The notes under the pieces were generated by a model. The model was not told where the DNA came from. It made no database searches and saw only the letters and a program-made list of their open reading frames with translations. Position numbers and translations under genes: made by a program. Shown here in pieces: positions 10,581-20,300 of a stretch of DNA of 64,000 nt (position 1 is the stretch's first letter; every line of letters begins with the position of its first letter). Source of the stretch: Candidatus Latescibacterota bacterium (GTDB lineage Bacteria > Latescibacterota > UBA2968 > UBA8231); assembly GCA_965203175.1 (NCBI GenBank), contig OZ241867.1, positions 320,001 to 384,000 on the forward strand. Direction: 5' to 3'.

Positions 10581-10734
10581 CGATGGACCCCATAAAGAAA
10601 CTCTGGGGGACTGACGGCTTCAGCCGTTCAGGGGGATAGGAGCGGCCTGAACGACGGGGCCGTAGGCTCCCTGAGTGAAGGACGATTTTAGATAGTTTAT
10701 TGAAATTTACTTATTCCTTTTGTAAGTTATAAGT

Positions 10735-11130
10735 ATGTCAAACAAACGTAAGAGGGTAGGTTGCACCCACATGATTCAATATCACTTGGTTTGGTGCCCC
10801 AAGTATAGGCGCGGCGTCTTGACGGGCGAAATTGCCAACACGCTTGAGCAGCTTCTGTATGAGAAGGCTGAAGCGCTTAGCCTGGAAATTATATCGCTGT
10901 CGATACGGCCCGATCATGTTCACTGCTTTATCACGGGAACGCCTACGATGGCCGTCAACCAACTGGTTCGCCACCTCAAAGGCTTTACAGCACACGAACT
11001 GCGTGAGCGATTCCCGTCTCTCAAGACGCGCTTGCCTTGCCTGTGGAGCCGTAGCTACTATGCAGGTAGTATCGGTGAGGTGTCGGATGCTACGGTTCGT
11101 CGATACATTGAAGCCCAAAAAGGGGTATAA
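10735..11130 (+). CDS. tnpA: IS200/IS605 Y1 HUH transposase
   Basis: YHLVWCPKYRR, HUH motif DHVH, LWSRSY and catalytic YIEAQ. Confidence 0.96.
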   Translation: MSNKRKRVGCTHMIQYHLVWCPKYRRGVLTGEIANTLEQLLYEKAEALSLEIISLSIRPDHVHCFITGTPTMAVNQLVRHLKGFTAHELRERFPSLKTRLPCLWSRSYYAGSIGEVSDATVRRYIEAQKGV

Positions 11131-12288
11131 ATGCAACGGACCTACCAGTATCGTTTGTATCCGACGCCCCAGCAACAGGAGACGCTCAACACCATCCTGC
11201 GCCAGTCGTGCTTGCTTTACAACGAGGCGTTGGAGCATCGTCGGCAGGTGTATAAGCACACCGGCCAGTCGGTGAGCTATCCTGCTCAGTGGAGTCGATT
11301 CAAAGAGGAGCGCAAGGAGCGGGTTGAAGATTTTGGTTTGCTCAATGCTACCTCCGTGCAACAACTGCTTCGCCGATTGGACAAGTCGTTTGCGTCCTTC
11401 TTCCGTCGTCTCAAGGCCGGCGACAAGCCGGGTTTTCCACGCTTTAAGCCTTCGGCTCGTTTTCGCTCTGTTGCATATCGACATCAAGACGGATGCACCC
11501 TCAAAGGGGCTTGTCTGTATGTGCAACACGTCGGCGATGTGCCTATCAAGCGGCACCGCGCCGTACCCGAGGGATGCCTCAAGCAGGTTATCATCACGCG
11601 CAAAGCGGGCCACCGCTGGTTTGTCTCCTTTCAGGGCGACGATGGCCAGGAAACGCGGCCTCTTAAAAGCGGCCAGGCCGTTGGCCTAGACATGGGCCTT
11701 GCGTCCTTGCTGGCCTGTTCGGACGGCACCTTGATTAACAACCCGCGCTGGTTGCGTCGCTCGCTTGGCAAGCTCCGACGCACACAGCGGGCTCTCGCCC
11801 GTAAGACGCGCTTTTCGTCGCGCTGGTGGAAGACCAAGCGCCAACTTGAAAGCCTGCATTGGAAGATCGGCAACCAACGCCGACACTTCCTGCATCAACT
11901 GACCTATCGCTTGACGGATACTTTTGCTCTGATCGCCGTAGAGGGCGTTTCGCCGTCCTTTCTGCTGTCGAACCGACACCTTGCCCTGTCGGCTTCGGAT
12001 GCAAGCTGGCATTTGTTCCGCTCGATGCTTGACTACAAGGCTGAAAGGGCTGGTTGTCTCGTCGTCGAGGTGGATGCCCGCTACACGTCCCAAGCCTGCT
12101 CGGGGTGTGGGCAGATAGAAAAGAAAACGTTGAGCCAACGGTGGCACTCCTGCACATGTGGGACGGAATTGAACCGAGATGTCAACGCCGCCGTGAATAT
12201 ACTTAATAAGGCCCGATGCGGGCCTACGGAGCCTAACGTAGAGGTAGTCAACTCAAGCGTGCTCCGTCAAAAAGCTGACCTGCTTTAG
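11131..12288 (+). CDS. tnpB: RNA-guided endonuclease TnpB
   Basis: YRLYPT N-terminus, GFPRFK, RuvC D/E/D (GLDMG, VEG, NRDVNAA) and zinc ribbon. Confidence 0.95.
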   Translation: MQRTYQYRLYPTPQQQETLNTILRQSCLLYNEALEHRRQVYKHTGQSVSYPAQWSRFKEERKERVEDFGLLNATSVQQLLRRLDKSFASFFRRLKAGDKPGFPRFKPSARFRSVAYRHQDGCTLKGACLYVQHVGDVPIKRHRAVPEGCLKQVIITRKAGHRWFVSFQGDDGQETRPLKSGQAVGLDMGLASLLACSDGTLINNPRWLRRSLGKLRRTQRALARKTRFSSRWWKTKRQLESLHWKIGNQRRHFLHQLTYRLTDTFALIAVEGVSPSFLLSNRHLALSASDASWHLFRSMLDYKAERAGCLVVEVDARYTSQACSGCGQIEKKTLSQRWHSCTCGTELNRDVNAAVNILNKARCGPTEPNVEVVNSSVLRQKADLL

Positions 12289-12307
12289 CCGTCAGTAGCT
12301 TACAAGA

Positions 12308-12338
12308 AGAAGAGGCTCCGCAAAAGGGGGCCTCTTCT
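12308..12338 (-). terminator. Probable intrinsic terminator of the small Zn-ribbon gene
   Basis: AGAAGAGGCTCC...GGGGCCTCTTCT hairpin followed by a pyrimidine run on the minus strand. Confidence 0.5.
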
Positions 12339-12385
12339 CGTGATCTACTACTTCTACCGCGTGCCAAAGGCAAAGATGGGACCGT

Positions 12386-12580
12386 TTACTTAAATGATTT
12401 CTTGAGTTCTTCGCCGATACTCAACTCTCCGTTGTCTATTCTCATATGGTATCCGCAACTCGGATTCGTGCAGGCCCATGCTTTGTAGTGAATGGCTGCG
12501 CCGTCTCTTCCATAGTCGGAAAGCGGAATTAAAACACCTTCCTTGCACTTCAAACACTCAGGAAAATCACCTTTTTCCAT
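12386..12580 (-). CDS. Small zinc-ribbon protein
   Basis: CLKC...CTNPSC in 64 aa, with a GGAGGG SD upstream. Confidence 0.7.
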   Translation of the reverse strand: MEKGDFPECLKCKEGVLIPLSDYGRDGAAIHYKAWACTNPSCGYHMRIDNGELSIGEELKKSFK

Positions 12581-12632
12581 CCGACCCTCCCTTCCGGTTT
12601 TAGCGTGCGACCACTAGGGGCCACGCTTTTAT

Positions 12633-13891
12633 CAGAATCGCCGTAAGCCTGCCTGCTTTAGCTGGCAGATGCAAGGCGTGTTTTGAGTGATGGGCACCTA
12701 GTGCCCGCGAGCGAGAAACATCTTGACAAAGGACACTTTATGCAGAGATTAAATATATGCACAAAGTGTTCAAATATCGGCTGTATCCCACGCACAAACA
12801 ACGGTCTGTGCTGTGCAAGCATCTTGAGGCGTGTCGTCGTCTCTACAACACGTTTGTATGTGACCGAGTCCAAGCCTTTGAGCAACACGGTGAGTCGCTG
12901 AGCATGTATGACCAGCTTGGTAAGCTGCCCTTTCTCAAGACGGACTGGCCCCCTGTGTCGGATGTGCATAGCCAAGTGCTGCAAAACGTCGGCGTCCGCG
13001 TCGATGTGGCGTTCAAGGCGTTCTTCCGTCGCTGTAAGGCCGGTGAGCATCCAGGCTTTCCGCGCTACAAAGGGGAAGGCCGCTACGACAGCCTCACCTA
13101 CCCGCAGGCGACCGGCTTCGCCCTCAAGGGGCGGTATCTTCGTCTGGGTAAGGTGGGGCTGGTCAAAGTGCGCCAGCATAGAGGACTTGAGGGAAATTCT
13201 AAGACCTGCACGGTGCGCCGCAGTGCCACCGGCAAGTGGTATGCCACCATCGTCTGCGACGTGGAAGCCAAAGCATTGCCGGAGAGCACTGAGGCTGTGG
13301 GTATCGACGTAGGACTGGAGAAGTTTGCTACGCTGTCGTCGGGCCAGCAGATAGCTAATCCGCGGTTTTTTCGCCAGGAAGAGCACGAGCTGGCCAAAGC
13401 GCAGCGCAAGCTCTCTCTTGCCGACAAAGGCACACCGGAACGAGCCAAGGCCCGTAAGATCGTCGCCCGCGTCCATGAGCGCATTCGTTTTAAGCGCCAT
13501 GACTTTGCTCACCAGTTGGCTCGTCGGTTGGTCAACCACTACGGCTTGATCTCCGTTGAAGACCTGACTATCAATGGCATGGTTCACAACCATTGCCTTT
13601 CCAAATCTATCCATGATGCGGCATGGTCGCAGTTTCGGCAGTGCCTGTTCTACAAAGCGGAAGAAGCTGGTAGGACGATGGTGGCCGTAAACCCGGCCTA
13701 TACCTCCCAGGATTGTTCCCAGTGTGGGCATCGGCATCGTAAGACATTGTCCGAGCGTATGCATGTGTGTCCTTGCTGTAGCGTCGTCATGGACCGAGAC
13801 GAAAACGCCGCACGAAACATCTTGAGATTGGGTCTACAATCTCAGGCTCCAAGCCAAGAAGCCGCCGCGCTTTAGCCGGCGGAGTAGTCAC
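12633..13891 (+). mobile_element. IS1341-type (tnpB-only) element
   Basis: Follows TTAT at 12629-12632. Left hairpin CTGCCTGCTTTAGCTGGCAG; right end GAAGCCGCCGCGCTTTAGCCGGCGGAGTAGTCAC. Confidence 0.88.
12757..13875 (+). CDS. tnpB: RNA-guided endonuclease TnpB
   Basis: FKYRLYPT, GIDVG, VEDL, DRDENAARNIL and CSQC/CPCC zinc ribbon. Confidence 0.96.
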   Translation: MHKVFKYRLYPTHKQRSVLCKHLEACRRLYNTFVCDRVQAFEQHGESLSMYDQLGKLPFLKTDWPPVSDVHSQVLQNVGVRVDVAFKAFFRRCKAGEHPGFPRYKGEGRYDSLTYPQATGFALKGRYLRLGKVGLVKVRQHRGLEGNSKTCTVRRSATGKWYATIVCDVEAKALPESTEAVGIDVGLEKFATLSSGQQIANPRFFRQEEHELAKAQRKLSLADKGTPERAKARKIVARVHERIRFKRHDFAHQLARRLVNHYGLISVEDLTINGMVHNHCLSKSIHDAAWSQFRQCLFYKAEEAGRTMVAVNPAYTSQDCSQCGHRHRKTLSERMHVCPCCSVVMDRDENAARNILRLGLQSQAPSQEAAAL

Positions 13892-13935
13892 TCAATGTAC
13901 TTGTGCCGTCCTGCTGTGTCAATTCCAACGGGGGA

Positions 13936-14406
13936 TCACATTTGCCCAAGATGAGCGGCATATTCATATACGGCCCGTTCTTGGGCGGCCGTTTCCACCG
14001 AACCGGGGCGCAGGTTCCGAACCTGCGTCAGGGCGTCCGCCGCGCTGCTGCCCATCCTCACCAAATAACTCGCCAACATCGTGCCCGTGCGCCCCAACCC
14101 CGCGCTGCAATGGACCATCACGGGTCGTCCTTGCTTGACCTCCTCATCGACGAATTGAACAAACGCTCGTATATCCCCGAGCGAAGGCGGCTGCATATCC
14201 TGTATGGGTAAGTGCAAATATGCTATATCTCGTGCCTCCACTTCGCCCGCCTGCAGGGGATTTGCAGTCAACGACACAATCGCCTTTACGCCCTGCGCCG
14301 ACAGCAAATCGAGATCGCCCTCCAGCCGCTCGTCCCCTCCCCGACCGCCAATCTGCCCAGCACCCGCCAACCGACCCTCTAATAGCCAACCAAAATTGAA
14401 CACCAT
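13936..14406 (-). CDS. Dual-specificity/tyrosine protein phosphatase
   Basis: HCSAGLGRTG P-loop, general acid in IQD, SVETAAQ. Start ATG is 14406, or possibly 14421. Confidence 0.9.
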   Translation of the reverse strand: MVFNFGWLLEGRLAGAGQIGGRGGDERLEGDLDLLSAQGVKAIVSLTANPLQAGEVEARDIAYLHLPIQDMQPPSLGDIRAFVQFVDEEVKQGRPVMVHCSAGLGRTGTMLASYLVRMGSSAADALTQVRNLRPGSVETAAQERAVYEYAAHLGQM

Positions 14407-14407
14407 G

Positions 14408-14848
14408 CTAGCGGCCTTCATAGGCTGCCTGCGGCCCTTCAACCCAACTCTCACCTCCGACCCCCACTTCCTTCTTCCATATCGGCACGATCTGCTTGAG
14501 CCGATCAATGGCGTACTGACACGCAGCCAACGCCTCGGCCCGATGAGGGCTAGCGACGGCAATCAACACGCTAATTTCTCCGATTTCGAGCTTACCCACG
14601 CGGTGAACCATCGCGACATCTACGACGCCCCACTGCGCCTTCAACTCGTCGCCAATCTCCGCCATCTTCTTCTCGGCCATAACCGGGTACGCTTCGTACA
14701 CCAAGTAATCGGTTTGCTTGTCCCCAGAGTGATTGCGCACCACCCCGGCAAACGTGGCTACCGCGCCATTTTCATCGCGCACCACTCCGGCAAACAAATC
14801 GTCGGGTTTTATTGGGTCTTCGGTAATTTTGAACACGTCAGCCCCCAC
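14408..14848 (-). CDS. moaE: Molybdopterin synthase catalytic subunit
   Basis: GAVATFAGVVR, YEAY, HRVG, SPHR and PIWKKE motifs. Confidence 0.96.
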   Translation of the reverse strand: MGADVFKITEDPIKPDDLFAGVVRDENGAVATFAGVVRNHSGDKQTDYLVYEAYPVMAEKKMAEIGDELKAQWGVVDVAMVHRVGKLEIGEISVLIAVASPHRAEALAACQYAIDRLKQIVPIWKKEVGVGGESWVEGPQAAYEGR

Positions 14849-15083
14849 TTACAGGCGGAATAAGAGCGACCTCATCGCCCGCTTTTAACACGGTATGGTC
14901 CCCCACGTATTCGGCATTGACCGCAACCGACAACACCTGCTGCACGGCCGCCAATTGCGGATACGCGGCCACGAGCTCGCGCTGCAAATCCGCAACTCGG
15001 TAGCCTTCCGCAATCTCCCAGTCGCAGCTCTTGTGGCCGACTGCATCGCGGCAGGACGCAAAAAATAAAACCTTGATTTTCAT
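14838..15083 (-). CDS. moaD: Molybdopterin synthase sulfur carrier
   Basis: MKIKVLFFA start, AVNAEY, and C-terminal DEVALIPPVSGG. Confidence 0.95.
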   Translation of the reverse strand: MKIKVLFFASCRDAVGHKSCDWEIAEGYRVADLQRELVAAYPQLAAVQQVLSVAVNAEYVGDHTVLKAGDEVALIPPVSGG

Positions 15084-15131
15084 AGCCAAGCGCAATAACG
15101 CCGCGACCCGTGCACAACGGGCCGCGGCGAG

Positions 15132-15166
15132 AAAAAGGAAATGGGACCCTTGTGAGGCCCCATTTC
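15132..15166 (-). terminator. Intrinsic terminator after 15201..17255
   Basis: GAAATGGG...CCCATTTC hairpin with a U-tract on the minus strand. Confidence 0.6.
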
Positions 15167-15200
15167 ACTCACTAATTACTGCTGTTGTCCGCTGAGGAAA

Positions 15201-17255
15201 CTACCTGAGCAGCACCATTTTGCGCTTAGCTACGTAGTCGCCAGCATGGAGCAAGTAAAAATACATGCCGCTGGCGACGCTAGCGCCGCTTTCGCTCCGG
15301 CCATCCCATACGGCTTGGTACTGACCTGCAGCCAGCGCCTCGCCGTCAACCAGCTTGCGCACGGCCTGACCCGCGATGTTGTAAATCGTCAGGGAGACGA
15401 TCGCATCGCTGCTCAGAGCGTAGGGAATGGTGGTTTCTGGATTGAAAGGGTTGGGATAGTTTTGATTCAGCGAGTTAGCCAACGGCAGGGCAGCTAGCGG
15501 TTTGGCAGCAGCCCAAGCCGCGCTGAAGTCAATCGCCAAGTTCAGGGCCTTGCCGGCCGCATTCTCAGTATCGGTGCTCGCCGTAATGCTGAGGAAAGAC
15601 ACGAGCTCGGCGTCAACCTCAATCGACGAATTGCCATTGGCATCAGTCGTATTGCGCACGAACGCGCTACCATGGGAGGGAATCGTGCCGATACCGAGCA
15701 CGGACACCGACTCCGCGCTTCGATTGTACACGTCCCACAAGACGGGCTGCCCCTCACCCGGGTCGCCCCAGAGATTGGTGAAATTGACCGAGTACGTGAT
15801 CTCGCCGGGGCTGTCGTCATCAACAGCGCCCATATCGGCCCCAGAAGTCAACGCGTTGCCAACCAGCGGTGCAGTAGCCACCAGCACTGGATCTGGCCGG
15901 TTGAGGTGCATGCTGCGACTCAACAACTCGGTATCCAAGTAATCGCGCACGCCGGACGACGGTCCGAGGGACACGCTGTGGACCACAATATCCGCCTCCA
16001 TCTCCTCGGTAAAGCTGTCCGAGGTGACGAGGGTGAAGGTTCCTAGACCGGCTTCGCCATCTACGACTTCGCTAATAACGACAGCGCCGCCCCGCACCTG
16101 ATTCCCAGAGACTTCTACGGCTGGCGCCGACAGGCTAAACGCAGAGGAACCCGCAAACGTGGTGGCCTCCAGATCAAAGGCCTCGGCTGGCTCCACCGTC
16201 ACGATAACCTCAACCTGCTTCACACCGGCTAGCCCGGTCGCCGACAGCGCAACTGGAATTTTCGCACCCGCACCCGCGACCACTTCGTTGAGGGCCTTGT
16301 CATCGTTATTCAGGGAAACCTGCGAGACGAACATCAACTGATCGACATCTGGCACCGCCCAAGTGGCGTTGAAATCAATCGCCAAGTCGATGGTATCCCC
16401 GGCCGGATTTACAGCGGTCGTGCGCGCTCGAACATCGAGCGAAGTCGCCGCGGCCTTTAAGTTGCCTTCGGCGTCGAACTTAACCACGGCATTGCCAGCC
16501 TCATCGGTCACATTCCGCAGGCATACGTACACGCCGGAGGGAACCTCGCCGACACCGAGCAGATAGACCGACCGAGAGCCGGTATTGGTGATGTCCCAAG
16601 CAATGGTCTGGCCCTTGGCGGGAGCACCATCATCGGTGTAATTGACCGAGAACTCGATCTCGCCGGGGCTGCCGTCCGCGGCCGCACCTGTGCCGACCGA
16701 GGAATAGGCCGGATTAAGGGAGACCGATGAGGTCGCCAACATATTCGGCGGGGGCACGGCCCAGTTGACGATGAACAATCCCTCGGCACCAACGACATCC
16801 CGGTCCACAGACGACGGCCCAAGGGACACGCTGCTCACCACAATCTCGGCCGAGGACTCCCTGCTAAAACTACTCGACATCGTGAGGGTAAAAACCCCCA
16901 AAGCACCATCGCCATCTACCGTCTCACTAAGGGTGGCTACACCGCCTTTGATCTGATCGTCCCCTAACACTTCCACGCCAGACCCAGGCGAAAAACCAAA
17001 AGCAGGGGTAAAGGTCGCCTCCGCTAGATCGAAGGCCTCCGCGGGCAATACCGTCAGAATAATTTCAACCTGTTTTACCCCGACCATTCCAGCGGCCGAC
17101 AGCGGTACCTGCACTTGCTCACCAGCACTGGCGGCGGCATGTTCCCCATCCAGCGAAATGACGACGTTCGCGTTATCCCCAGCGACAGCGGCACCACATA
17201 GTGCGAGCAACAGGGCGATGGCAAGAGGAAATATCTTGCGCACGCTGTTCTGCAT
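15201..17255 (-). CDS. Secreted protein with two cohesin-like/Ig repeat units and a C-terminal T9SS/FlgD-Ig domain
   Basis: Signal peptide. Duplicated unit VPLSAAGMVGVKQVE / IPVALSATGLAGVKQVE. Tail QNYPNPFNP...SGMYFY...KMVLLR. Confidence 0.8.
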   Translation of the reverse strand: MQNSVRKIFPLAIALLLALCGAAVAGDNANVVISLDGEHAAASAGEQVQVPLSAAGMVGVKQVEIILTVLPAEAFDLAEATFTPAFGFSPGSGVEVLGDDQIKGGVATLSETVDGDGALGVFTLTMSSSFSRESSAEIVVSSVSLGPSSVDRDVVGAEGLFIVNWAVPPPNMLATSSVSLNPAYSSVGTGAAADGSPGEIEFSVNYTDDGAPAKGQTIAWDITNTGSRSVYLLGVGEVPSGVYVCLRNVTDEAGNAVVKFDAEGNLKAAATSLDVRARTTAVNPAGDTIDLAIDFNATWAVPDVDQLMFVSQVSLNNDDKALNEVVAGAGAKIPVALSATGLAGVKQVEVIVTVEPAEAFDLEATTFAGSSAFSLSAPAVEVSGNQVRGGAVVISEVVDGEAGLGTFTLVTSDSFTEEMEADIVVHSVSLGPSSGVRDYLDTELLSRSMHLNRPDPVLVATAPLVGNALTSGADMGAVDDDSPGEITYSVNFTNLWGDPGEGQPVLWDVYNRSAESVSVLGIGTIPSHGSAFVRNTTDANGNSSIEVDAELVSFLSITASTDTENAAGKALNLAIDFSAAWAAAKPLAALPLANSLNQNYPNPFNPETTIPYALSSDAIVSLTIYNIAGQAVRKLVDGEALAAGQYQAVWDGRSESGASVASGMYFYLLHAGDYVAKRKMVLLR

Positions 17256-17291
17256 AGTTGCTTCTCCTTCTATTTATGAACCTGTTTTACA

Positions 17292-17337
17292 TAGTGAAAT
17301 GGGACCCCAATTTGAGGCTTGAGGTCCCATTTCACTA
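17292..17337 (-). terminator. 15-bp perfect inverted repeat between the two secreted-protein genes
   Basis: TAGTGAAATGGGACC / GGTCCCATTTCACTA. Confidence 0.6.
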
Positions 17338-17357
17338 ACTCGCTGTGCAGTGGGTGC

Positions 17358-20300
17358 TTACTTGAGCAACAGCATCTTCTTGACTTCGTGGAACTCACCG
17401 CCCGCCTCCAAGCGGTAGAAATACATCCCCGAAGACAAACTGTGCCCGTTGTCGTTCGTCGCGTCCCACTCCACGACGTAGCGACCCGCGCTCTGATGCT
17501 CGGCTACCAGCGTCCGAACCACCTGACCTACTACATTATATACGGTCAGTTCCACGTCCGCCGCCTGCGGCAACGCATACTTGATCGTCGTCGCTGGGTT
17601 GAACGGGTTCGGATAGTTGTTGGCCAGAGCGAACGCCTCCGGACGCGTCTGCAACTGCACTGGTGCCGGCAACGCCAGACGGTTGAAGCCAAACTCGCTG
17701 TCATACGTCTGGTTGTCAGCGATCTCGATGAGCGTGTTCTCGATCTCCGTCGTCGGACGGAACACCAAGCCCAGCGCCACCTCGCCGTCGGAGACCACGT
17801 CCCCGTGAGCGACCACCGTCAAGACACCGGCTTCGTCAGCCAGCACCTGCGGTGTGGCAAACGCGCTGCCACCCAGCGGCTCATCGGTCAGCACCTGGAC
17901 GAACTCCAACTTGTCGGCCTCATACTGAACCTGCAAGCCGTAGCCCTTGATCGCGGCGAAGTCCGCCACGCGCACGTCGAGGACAAAGTCCTCACCCACG
18001 ATGGGCATGGCTGTCCGCGCATCCAGATACATCCGCGCATCCGCATTCAGACCGGCGAACATGGGCACGCGCTTGCCCGCCGCCGCCGTGCTGCGACCGA
18101 AGTTGTCGGCAAAGACGAAGAAATCTTCAAAGTCGATCGTCGCGTTGGGTGACAAATCAAACGCAGGATCAAACCCGGTGTCTTCCGCCGTCAAACCGAA
18201 GCTGTCGGCGAAGATGAAGAAATCGTCGAAACCGATGCGGTTGTCAGTACCGAACAGGCCGAGCAGCGCGCGACCTTCGCTATCCACCGCGATGTTGCGC
18301 ACGGCCATCGCCGTATGCTCGATGTCGGAACCCGTCTCGTTGTCCAAGTCGTAGGGCCGCACCTGATAGGTGTAGCGCACGCCATTGAGCGCTGTCTCAT
18401 CGACAAAGGACGTAACACCTGCATCCACCTGCGCGATCTTGGCGAACTCGTCTTCGCCCGCCGCGCGGCGATAGATGTTGTAGCCATAGACGCCGACGAC
18501 CGGCTCAACTCCGAGCGGGCCAACGGCCCCGGCAACAACATCCTGCAAGATTTGGTCAGACGGTGAGAGCGTCCACGTCAGGGCGATGCGGCTGCCCTGA
18601 TCGTTGGGCGCATCCAACACGCGGAGCGACGGCACGGCCAACGGCGCGATATTGTCGATGGCGCGAACCGGCTCGTCCGTGAAGATCACTTCCGAGGACA
18701 GCACGCCAGCGACCACGTTCAGCTTCGGAGCCACGCCTTGTGCGTAAGCGAGGGCTTCCGGCAGCAGCGAGGCGAACACCGGTGCATCACCGGCTTGAGC
18801 CGCTTCCATACTGGCCATCAGCGTCTCGGCCATCTGCGCGTAAGGCTGGTTCTCAGCACTGACGAACACGGCCTTAGCAGCACCGTGCGTGGTCTGGCCA
18901 CCGCGCTCGGCGGCAATGCCCCAACGGGTGGAGACATTGTCGAGCGTAGCGACGATAGCAACACCTCTTTCCACGCCCGGCACGGCATCTACCATGGCCC
19001 AAGGAACCATTTCATTGCCCAGCACGGGCAGTGCGCGGAAGATGCGATAACCGTCGATCTCGTCGTGATGTTCCGACAACTCCCAAGTCAGCAGGAGAAA
19101 GCCGCCTTGGTCGCCTTGGCCGTCAGCACCTGCGTAGTCTTGAGCCACCAGATTGCTGGGAGCACCCAACGGAGGCGCAATGACCGACACGGGGATCGGC
19201 ACCGAACCGGAAGCACCAGCGGCGTCCACAACCGTGAGGACAACTGCGGCCAGACCAATCTCCGTAGGCGTACCCGAAACCGTCCGCGTGGCCGGGTCAA
19301 ACGACAGGCCCGCGGGGAGCCCCGACACGCTATAGACCTTCGGCGGGGTCCCACCCGGGACTTCTGGTATCGTTAGGCTATACGGCTGGCCAACGACGAT
19401 TTGGATCGCTCCCTCGTCATGCTCAGACGCTGGATTGGCCTTGCCAGCACCAGTGAACGCACCGAACAACCCACTCAGGTCGCCGAAGTCCAACATCGGG
19501 TTGACCGTGATGGAGAAGCTCAGCGTGACAGTGGCTCCGGCACCGTCGGTCGCCGTGTAGGTGACCTCAGTGGTGCCTTCGGCTTCGGGCGTGCCCGAAA
19601 CCGTCCGCGTGGCCGCGTCAAACGACAGGCCCGCAGGCAAGGCGGAGACGCTGTAAGTGATGTCGCCTTCACCGCCCGATGCTGCCGGCAGTTCCATCGC
19701 GGAGACCGCCGTACCAGCAGTGGAGGCTACGTCGTTGATCATAGCTCCTTCGGCGAAGGTCAAGGGATCCATCGGCGGATCAACAGGATCCATCATACCC
19801 TCGGAGATCGTTATGGTCCCCGACTCGACAGTCAAGCCCGCGCTCACACCAGTCAGCGTGATCGTCTCGTTGCCCTCATCCTCGCTGTCGGAATTGGGAT
19901 CGATGATCAGAGCTATCGAACCCGAGATCGAGCCAGCCAGAATTGTGAGGCTCGGATTGAACAGCGCCGCGTAGTCTTCGTCACGCGTGGCTTTTGAAGC
20001 AGGATCAATCGAGATGGTGACGGTCGCGTCTGCGTCCAGCACCTTGCCGTCCAAGGTCGCGGTAACCACAATGTCCGTAACACCGTCGGCCTCGCTTACC
20101 GTATGCGGATCCGCCGACAGCGAGATGGACGTGCTAGCGGTTTCGTCATCGGCGATCTTGATATCCACCGAAGCCGAACCACCAGAGGCTGAAGCCTGCA
20201 CACCAAGGAACTTATTGCCATCCACCGTGGCATCGTCGATAGGCGTGAGAGTCAGAGTCGTACTCGCTTCGGTCGCGCCAGCCTCAATGGCGACGCTACC

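Larger units (their letters stand above)
10594..12303 (+). mobile_element. IS605-group element (tnpA + tnpB)
   Basis: Follows CCAT at 10590-10593. Left hairpin CTGACGGCTTCAGCCGTTCAG; right hairpin CTGACCTGCTTTAGCCGTCAG ending in TTAC at 12303. Confidence 0.88.
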
